From assembly GCA_965213685.1 (NCBI GenBank), contig CBDBZY010000041.1:352001-416000 (forward strand): 64,000 bases of DNA. Reading direction: 5' to 3'. Made by a program: the position numbers and the translations under genes. A model generated the notes under the pieces. It was not told where the DNA came from and did no database searches. It saw nothing but the letters and a program-made list of their open reading frames with translations. Below are positions 55,128 through 64,000 of this stretch, piece by piece. Numbering within the stretch: the first letter of the stretch is position 1; the number at the start of each line of letters is the position of its first letter. Origin of the DNA: a bacterium. GTDB taxonomy: Bacteria > UBA8248.

Positions 55128-58087
55128 TCAGTGTTGCTCTAATGATCCTACCCACACTTGCTGGGAATACCCCCAAACATCCTCCCCTCCAGCTGCAAGC
55201 AGTTCACCAGAGGGGAGTACTGCACAAGAGGGAGCCCACATTCCCACAGGAAGCTCTCCACACCTGCTCCATTTTTTCCCTTCTGCTTCATATCTGTAGA
55301 GCTCCTTTCTTTTCCCCCACCCTCCTACCAGTAGCAAGTGGTTCTGCAAGGCTAAGAGTGTGGGGCCACGTACTGGAGGGGATGGCAGTTCCTGCCATGT
55401 TGGGCCAGTGGTGGTATTGCGAGTTGCATTTGATATGAGGGTGGGGAGGTGGGCAGAGAACATGTGAGGCCGACCACCACTCCAGTGATATGATGAGATG
55501 TATACGTAATCACTAATGATGACTGCTGTCATGCGGTGACCCCCCATAGGCAGTGGCTGTGCACTGTACCACTGGTGAGTGGAGCAGTCCAGGACTTCTA
55601 CTGTGTCCTTGTTGGGGTACCCACATGCCACAATGAGGTATTGCTGGTAGCCCACAGCAGCTGACCATGCTCTACCATTTGGCATTCTTGGGTAGTGCTG
55701 AGTATTCCAGCGGTGACCGTCACTGTCCCATGATTGGATAGCAGTGCTGCCTTCCTCACCACCAGCTAGTAATAGCTGGTCCTTGACTGATGCCATGGCA
55801 AACCAGTGGTCAGTGCTCTTTGGCAGCTGAGACCACTCACCAGTGGTAGAGTTGTATTGCACTATGACATACTCATTGCTGCCCTCCTTAGCAAACCCAC
55901 CTCCAATGTGGACATGTCCTTCAGTAATACAGTTTGGGCACACAAGACTCCAAAGGGCAAGTCCTTTCCTCTCCTCCATTTGAGTGGGAGGGGCCATCTC
56001 AGTGGCTGGACCTGGGGCTATAATGAGGTGAATGATGGCAGGGAGGGAGAGAGGGAGGGAGGGAGGGAGGAGGGAGGAGGGAGAGAGGAGGGAGAGGAGA
56101 TAGGGAGAGAGGAAGAGGGAGAGGCGTAAATGAGAGGAGGGGGTATAGGGGAGGTAGAGACACCAGGGGAGGGGAGGGAAGGAGAGGGGAGGGGGAGGGG
56201 AAAGGGAGGGGGAGGGGGAGGGGAAGGGGGTGGGGGAAGGGGGGGGGAGAGGAAGGGGAGAGGGGGAGGGGAGGGGAGGCGGGGAGGGGGAAGGGGAGGA
56301 GGGGAGGGGGAAAGGGAGGGAGGGGGAAGGGGAGGGGAAGAGGGGGAGGAGGGAGGGAGGGATGAGAGGAGGGGTGGGAGGGATGGGTGGAGGGGAGGGT
56401 GGAATGAGGAGGAATGGAGGGTGAGAGGGCGGGAAGAGGACAGAATAACCACAGCTCACAGATTTTGGTTTGGTTGGAGATGTCTTGTATACTGCAGAAT
56501 TCTTGGTTGTCTGCAAAGAAAGGAAAGAGATCGAGGTGGAGTGAGGCAGGCAAGAATAGAGAATGCTAATCTGCTTTGTCCTCCTTTCCTCTCTTCCTTG
56601 CTTTGTTCTTTTTTGCTTCCCCTCACTATCATTTGCACTTGGAGCATTACCTGCACATCAGCTTGCAGTGGTCCTTGAGGGATCATCTGAGAGTGACCTT
56701 TTGGGCTGGGACTGAGCCTAGGGGGAGTCTGGAGGAGACAGGTTTGCTGTGTTTAGTTCATGACAAGAGATTACTAATCACTACAACAACTTTGTGATAT
56801 GCACCAATCCTATCAGTTTCCTGCAAAGAATCATTACTGAGAACTCTATTACTAGAGTCAGTAGCATGATAACCAGTACATGAATTGATCTCCTCTACTT
56901 ATAAAAATCATGCATATAACAATACTCACCAACACTTGCTTGCTCAGCCGTTCAACCTCTGCCTTGAGGGACTGATTCTCCTGTGTCAGTTGTTGATTCT
57001 CCATGACCAGTTGTGTGTTTTTCTTCACCACTGATGCAATCTGATCATTCTTCTCCTGTTCTTTTGACTCCATTTCTCGTTGCAGTGTTCCAATGTGCTG
57101 GTTCTTGTGTGACTCAATCTGCTGGCTTTGTTTCTTCACTGTCTGCACCAACACCAACCTGTCCATGTGGCATTCTGCATCATCGATCTCACCCCTGGCC
57201 TGCTCCAGTAGCTGCACCACCTGATGGATTGAGGGCCGATCCTCTGGAAAGCTTTTGAGGCATCGCTTGATCATCTGCACAAGAGGATGGTCATCACAGA
57301 ACTGGCTGTAGATCTTTTGCATGTACTCCGCTCGCCGCTCCAGCTCATCTCGAAAAACATGCCTTCGGTGCTCATCTCGGTACACTTGTGCCAGAACCTT
57401 ATGGGGGAAGCGTTGTGTGAGGGTGAAAATGGCCACCACACCCAGCGAGAAGATGTCGATCGTCATGTCGTATCGAGACTCGTCTTCCAGTGCCTCTGGG
57501 GGCATGTAGATAGACGCACCAGGTGCTTTGGTCATGGTGGCTACCGTCAGGCTGGGGACAATCCTAGCCATCCCAAGGTCCGCAATTTTGGCTGTCATGG
57601 CGGAGTTAAGGAGAACGTTCCTCGCTGAGAGATCGCGATGGATCAACGGCGGAGAACGGCTGTGCAGGTAGCAGAGACCTTGAGCGACGTCGTAGAGGAA
57701 CGAGTGCTTGAGGCTCAGGGGAATATCGGGCCGAGTCTCCAGCAGGTCGTGGAGGCTGGTCAGCAGTCGCTCCATCACCAGCGCAGGAAGCCGCGAGTCC
57801 GGCAGCACGCAGATGCCGAGAAAGAGGACGATGTGTGGGTGGCGGAGGGTGCTCATGAGTCGGCACTCCTCAACGAACTGGCCTGCCGCCCTCTCCATCT
57901 CAGCCTGCGGTATTTCGGAGCGGTCTTGGAAGATGTCGTGGATCTTCTTGATGGCGCAGACCGCTCCAGGTATCTCCCCCTCCTCCACGCTGCCGTAGGC
58001 TCCTGAGCCGATTCTTGTGCCGGTTAGTCGCACGTTTTGGAGCTGAAACGCCCTCAGCTCGGGGTAATCGCGAAGGAGATTCGCCAT
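55128..58087 (-). pseudogene. Kinase-coiled coil-Kelch copy 3; kinase and linker intact, Kelch exon has a 1-nt frameshift (pseudogene or assembly error)
   Basis: Exons 58087-56930, 56820-56785, 56728-56651, 56510-56460 and Kelch 56017-55128 (890 nt, not divisible by 3). It reads CTG AAG GA CAT GTC near 55919, versus CTG AAG GGA CAG GTC in copy 2. Confidence 0.75.
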
Positions 58088-58388
58088 AATAATTGTCGAA
58101 CGCTCTCTGTGAGAAAATGAACAAACAAGGGCTAGTGGTTTATTCTAGTCACGTGAGGAGTGAATACCAATAATTATGTTATAAATACCGATATCCAGGT
58201 AACCGCGTGGATATTGTCGTATGTATCACTGTGATATTCGTGTTCGTGTCACGGCTTTACAGCGCAGCGCTAGAGCCACACGTATTTCCGTGCACGCATG
58301 CGCGTCGTCTCATGGTGGTCCACTGAGGAGGTTCGTATGTAGATGTTATGGAACTGCAGCAGTTCACTAGGGATTAGCCTGCATGAAC

Positions 58389-58922
58389 CAAGCCCGTAGG
58401 CAGGGTGGGTGCGTAGGGTGCGTACGCACCCGCCCCGTTTGCACAGAGGTCCACCTTGAGCATTAAAGTTAATGTACGTTGTGTAGTTGTTGCGTAACTC
58501 AGCGTTTTGATGTGCGGAGCGAGCGTGTCACGCCTACTTCCAGTATAATGCGCATGTTTGCCCACATGCTAGTCTCGTGAACCAGATCGAATGCTCATTC
58601 GCAGCGAATCCCTTCCTCCCCTCCCCCTTTCGCTCCCTCATCACGGGACTACGTGGGTACGTGAACCAACGATGCTTGAATTGGAGTCTTTGCTCATATA
58701 AGTAGCATTATATACGTCTGTGTGTACGATACTTAACAGTTTATTGTTGGTAAGTGTACACCACATTTGACAAATGTATATCATCGGCATTATAGTACTT
58801 GAACTAACACACCACTTCATGTAATTGTAACATTCTCTGAATGTGTAACTTAGCCTTATTTAATAAGGTCCACTTAATCAAAAGAAAGCACCCACCCACT
58901 CCGTTTGCTGCCTATGGGCTTG
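58389..58922. mobile_element. TIR MITE (CAAGCCCGTAGGCAG ends)
   Basis: CAAGCCCGTAGGCAG / CTGCCTATGGGCTTG with TGAAC on both sides; empty site near 26225. Confidence 0.7.
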
Positions 58923-59303
58923 TGAACTGATGGTGAGAGAGCCTTCCTTGCACAACTGTGGCCAATAATAGCAACTATTACTAGGCATAACAAGGACGGC
59001 ACTCTTTCACCACTGCTTCAGGATATTCTGTGGAGTCTCAATGTAGGACCATCCTCCATATACCCATCACCAGACAGGACTACCATGTCATATTAGGATA
59101 ATTAACCCTCCCGCGCATGCGCGGAGGGTTATTGTAGTCGGTGTGTGTGTGGTGTGTGTGTGTGTGTGTGTCTTCAGGCATGCGCTGATTTTCTCCGTAA
59201 CCGTAGATGCTGCGTTCTTCAAAGTTGGAGAATAGGAGAAGCGTCGTAGTCTCTTGGAACTCGTGAACTTTGGAGCCGCTCGGTTGATGGTGAGGCTATC
59301 GGT

Positions 59304-59934
59304 ATATGAATTCAGTGGACTGGACTGATGGAGTGGACTACTGGACTGGAGCACTAACTGGAACACTGGAGCCTAGTAGTGTTAGAGCAGGCTATGCGCT
59401 GTATCCTTGTGTAACTCAGCTAAGGCGAACTCTGGATTCAGTTTCAACTTGGCAAAAGCATGGGGTCATTACTTTTTTGGGTGTGGCCTATCATTCTACG
59501 CATGCTCATTGCCGCAGTGGTACAACCATGCTGAGTCTAGCACTGGAGAGAAGTGTACCTTATAATCATGGCAGAAGGCACGCTAGCGGATCCGATTGTA
59601 ATTGAGGACTGTGTTTTATCAAGTCCTGTTAAGCGGATTGCCATGATTGGCAACGATATAAGGTACACTTCTCTTCAGTGCTACTCCGCGTGGTTGTACC
59701 AGCATTGAGCATGCATATAGAATGATAGGCCACGCCCCAAGAAGTAATGACAGCTAGCTCCCCATGCTTTTGCCAAGTTGAAACTGAATCCAGGCTTCGC
59801 CTTAGCTGAGTTATGCAAGGATACAGCGCATAGCCTGCTCTAACACTACTAGGCTCCAGTGTTCCAGTGCCCCAGTGCTCCAGTCCAGTAGTCCACTCCA
59901 TCAGTCCACTCCAGTCCACAGGCTGAATTCATAT
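59304..59934. repeat. Long inverted repeat (~260-bp arms, ~90-bp spacer)
   Basis: 59304-59564 is the reverse complement of about 59657-59934; the ORF track shows mirror peptides. Confidence 0.85.
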
Positions 59935-60646
59935 CATGACCCGTCATGGAGCGAAAGTAACTTTTGTAAACTCGCGTTTTCGAGGTTCCATTAGCTACTA
60001 ATGGAGTGGAAGTGTAAACGGTACGATCTGGTGTCATATATGCAATTGGGAGCTTTTCGGCTCAAATGTGTCCAGCCAAAGCGGCAAGCCTAGCTAGTAC
60101 TTTGGTGCGCACCTATTGGAGAACATTTCGCCTTTTATAGCATGTGTGATCCCATCGATTGCGCACAACCCTTGTCTATTTTTAAACATTTACACATTAC
60201 CTAATGATGACTAAATGCAGAATAAGATCAATGTACCTACCTTCCAGCTTATTATTAACTTAGCTTGTACACCATAATCCTATGCATCATTTGCAAAATC
60301 ATTACCTGCCTCAGCACTACTTCAGCTATTCAAATACCTTAGGATCCATCCTACAGCACATGATGTAATCCTTACATCACCACTTCTATAGCTAGTCTCG
60401 CGAGCCAGCCGTATTTTTCGGTGGGATGAGCGAGCGGGGAAAAATACGTCTGGACACTCTGACCAGCTTTCCGTGAACCTCCGCAGGAATGTAGGAGGCT
60501 CAAATCTGATTGGTTCGTTAGAAATCAAACACATGACTTCCGGCATACCTATCATACTGACCGTATATTTCTATTTAGCGAGTGTGAAATATTGTTTGTG
60601 TGTGCAATGGCTCGCGATTGAGGTACTGTAACTGCAGCCGTTTTAG

Positions 60647-60674
60647 CATAGATATTATTGCAATAATATCTATG
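60647..60674. mobile_element. 28-bp perfect hairpin micro-element, 7-bp TSD GTTTTAG
   Basis: gttttag|CATAGATATTATTGCAATAATATCTATG|gttttag, inside the RecQ frame. Confidence 0.85.
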
Positions 60675-60715
60675 GTTTTAGCGGCCTCCACAACACTAGG
60701 TTACACACGCCTTAA

Positions 60716-61289
60716 GGGAGGGCAAGTCATGATTGCGTTCTTCGTCAATTACTCTACCGTCGCTTTCCCCCTACATTTACCAACGCTAAAACGACAGCAA
60801 TTCTTTGGCGCGGTTGCAAATTCGCTGGGAAAAAATTCATATTTCCCGCTACTGTTGGACGTGCGGCGCTATGTGGCGCCAACCGGTGAAGAGGTGGATG
60901 CTCGCCAAAGGGGAGTGAACTAGTTTATGCGCAATGGGTTGCTCGAGGCTTGGCTTGCTACTTTACGGCAGAATTTGCTACCGTTTTTCGAAATTCTGCA
61001 GCACGACAAAAACGATTATATGTCTAGAAAGAAAGATTTAGCACGGATTTTTAAAGCAAACTTAGATAGCCAACATGCTTAGTAATCATCCACCGAAGTT
61101 TCGTCTCTGCAGCATTAGCCGTTATTGGCAAATTTTTTTTCTATAATTAGCGATATGCATATTGCGTAAATTTTATAATTCTATGAACAGACATATCACG
61201 CAAGACTACGTTATTTCGCTAACAGGCATCATTAGGAGAATACAATAAAACATAAATCAGGCAAAATCATGTCTTAGGGTCGTCCTGCC
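60716..61289. mobile_element. Kolobok-like element nested in the AcademH RecQ fragment
   Basis: TTAA TSD; inverted copy of 26407-26984. Confidence 0.82.
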
Positions 61290-62154
61290 TTAAGCCTGAG
61301 CAGAAGTGTGTGATTGAAGCATTTTTGAAGGGAAGAGACGTTTTTGTTAGCTTACCTACTGGAAGTGGGAAATCTTTATGCTACGCCCTATTACCTGCTG
61401 CTTTTGACTTCTTGCGAGAGGGTGAAAGATCGATTGTTATCCTTGTTAGCCCGCTGTTAGAAGGAGAGCGCGAAGTGCTTGCTTCACTGAATGTACCGCT
61501 GCCCGCAACTCCTACTAGCTCTCCATACCGCCTCACCCCACTCTCAAGGGCAGCATCAAGCGAGCTAGCTTCGGCTCTCAGTTTCTGCAGCTTCTCCAGT
61601 CGCCCGAAGCAACCGCGGTAGACGATTGTCGAACCTCCTGGCGGAAGAAAGACATACAGCGCTCTGATACACTCGTGAGACGACTTCCTTATGTCTGCCT
61701 ATCGGCATCCTTCTAAAGGCGCCTCCTGTCACGAGAGTTCGGTGAGACTGGGCACAGGCCACACAAACAACACAGCTACTTTAATTCACATTCCATGGGC
61801 GTGACCTTCGGCCGTTAAACGTAATTATTAAATTCCTTCGTGGCACGGAAAGCTGGTCAGAGTGCCCAGACGTATTTTTCCCCGCTCGCTCCTCCCACCA
61901 GAAAAATACGGCGGGCTCGCGAGACTATTCTATAGCATGTGTGGTCCCAAATATCTATTTTTTAATGCAATTGCATAAGCCTTTGTCTATTTTTGGAACA
62001 CTTACACATTACACAATTATGATTGCATGCAAGTGAAGCAAAATAAAATGAAATGAGGTACCTTTCATCTTGTACATCACCATGGACACCATGAACATTT
62101 GCACTGGAGATTCCTTTGTCCACTTCATCAAACCTTTCCACCTCTTCAAACGTA

Positions 62155-62969
62155 CAGTGGAACCCCTCTAAAGCGGACACCATAAAGGCATTGGGACCAG
62201 GATTTTTGTCCGTTATAGCGTGGTGTCCGTAGCTCAGGGGGTTTAGGTGTTCACGTGCGTGAATGCGCGCGCATGTAGCTAGTGTCCGTATAGGCTATAC
62301 ACACTCATAGGCTGGGGTCAAGAGGGAAAATCAGTCTGTAGCTAGCGAAAATCTGACTTCACTGGGAATCCAATCGTTCGTGAGAAGCCGCCACGGGTAC
62401 CGTACATCACAGCTACGTAGTTGACCCTTGACCTACGTGAAGATCGTGAGCTTGAATGCTATACTTACCAAGTTGAGTGACTTTGCAACTATTATTGCTG
62501 TATCTACAGTCTAACTTTGGTTTCCGTTATGTTCGCAATATAATGGGTACTTCACAGTACGTTGTAGTTATTGGGATATACGGAGGTGCATGTCCGTAAT
62601 ATAAAATATCGAGGTGTCTGTATCTGAGGGGCTGATTTATGAAACTTTATAATAGGCATGCGTTTGAGACCTTTGATGTGCCTCCGAATAATCGCGATGG
62701 CTGTTTTTCGGGAGTCCAGCATAAAGGGTTTGACTTTACAATATTCCGTGGGTGTGGCTAAAGTGTCCGTTGAGCGGAGTTTTCTAGTATTGCAAGTGTA
62801 CAATTATTGGGGACGGATTACTGTCCGTTATACGGAGTAGCGGGGTGTCCGCTATTCAGGGGTTTCTAATGTATTAAAGTCTATGGAGAAACGATCGGGA
62901 CTTTCAGAATTGTCCGTTATATCGTGGGTGTCCGCCGTTGAGGGGTGTCCGTTAAGCGGGGTTCCACTG
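62155..62969. mobile_element. Tc1/mariner (Tigger-like) MITE
   Basis: TA|CAGTGGAACCCCTCTAA ... TTAAGCGGGGTTCCACTG|TA with repeated GTGTCCG motifs. Confidence 0.82.
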
Positions 62970-63399
62970 TACATTCTGCCATGCTGCATCCATTCCCACA
63001 CTTATGTATGGTTGAGATGAACCAGAAAGACAAACTACTATCATCCCCCTCATAATGGACAATGGAGGTCTCATCATTCTCTTGTAACACTTTAAATGTA
63101 ACTGTCATTATGACAACACAGAATTTTAAGTTAAACTTGATTTGAATCTTGATTCTTATACGTATTGACAATGGTCATTAACAAAATGTGATAATCATTT
63201 TGAAATGCAATGATTATGAAGAAAGTGATACTATTATTGCATGTAGTTATTTAATCAGGCTAACAAAACAACTGCTATACATTCTGTAGTCTTTTATATA
63301 CCTTCTAAATATAGACCTTTCACATGATCAATGAGACTGCCTTGATTTGTCATAGGTATATGGTAGACATAGCAAAGACTGCCATACTGCATGTCTGTG

Positions 63400-63467
<68 letters not shown>

Positions 63468-64000
63468 TGTTTGCAAGTGCAATGTTTGTGAACGCTATTC
63501 AGCAGTGCTAGTCATAAGGCTAACATACACCACAAAGACATGTATCAAAAACGAATGGCATGACTACAGTAAATACATTAATTTTTTCCCCCACCCCACA
63601 TAAAATACATTATTTTTTCCCCCACCCCACCATGATTATGATATAATGCCCCCACACAGAATGTGTAGGGTATCCTCTAAGTGATGTGGGGAGGGAAAGG
63701 CAGTCTATATTACCACTTCATTGAGCATGACATAACACTGATTGTCCATGACCATGTGGAATAACTTGCCTGTTGACTGTGTTTCTTGTAGTATTCATTT
63801 AAGTACAACGTCGTACTACTCCTATGTGATGCCAAATTGTGTTGTACTCTTTTAGTATAATTATTATTGGACATTTAACCCTCGTGCTCGGTGGGCTCTC
63901 AGGCTAGTACTGTTATATGTACTTGAAGTTCAATTCATGAGCACCTGCTCACACCTGCGATTGTTCGTGAGCTTATAATTATAGGGGGACGCTGCATGTA

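Larger units (their letters stand above)
60393..61927 (+). mobile_element. AcademH-type transposon derivative with a RecQ helicase N-terminal fragment
   Basis: Long TIRs beginning TAGTCTCGCGAGCC, 9-bp TSD TTCTATAGC. Removing two nested insertions restores LGYTRLKPEQKCVIEAFLKGRDVFVSLPTGSGKSLCYALLP...VILVSPL (RecQ Q motif, motifs I and Ia). Confidence 0.88.

Overview
Eukaryotic, intron-rich, transposon-dense animal DNA. The kinase-Kelch architecture, short introns and TE families suggest a demosponge; this is inference, not a database match. Positions 1-12.1 kb hold the 5' 20 exons of CTR9 (Paf1 complex TPR subunit) on the minus strand, running off the left edge. The rest is a rearranged tandem segmental array with P2X-receptor last-exon remnants, CTR9 5' fragments and a minus-strand gene family with the layout: single-exon DLG-type TKL/RIPK-like kinase + coiled coil, then phase-0 mini-exon linker, then single-exon 6-blade Kelch propeller. 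There is one apparently intact copy, one Kelch-only copy, and one copy with a 1-nt Kelch frameshift. The main finding is that the three Kelch propellers keep a near-invariant framework but are hypervariable (substitutions, indels, many W/Y/R) in the predicted ligand-face loops, a CDR-like pattern suggesting diversified intracellular sensor kinases. Other highlights: a RAG1-like (RING-ZnF-GGQ-'LAMKADL') transposase fossil in a CTR9 intron; a family of 28-48 bp hairpin micro-insertions with 7-bp TSDs, whose 1.3-kb relative duplicated the kinase ATG; a self-nested, tandemly triplicated element with recombinase-like junctions; AcademH (RecQ, 9-bp TSD), Zator, Kolobok, piggyBac, hAT and pogo elements; and two templated insertions flanked by 29-45 bp duplications. 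All calls were made by eye from the sequence and ORF track; no searches were run.
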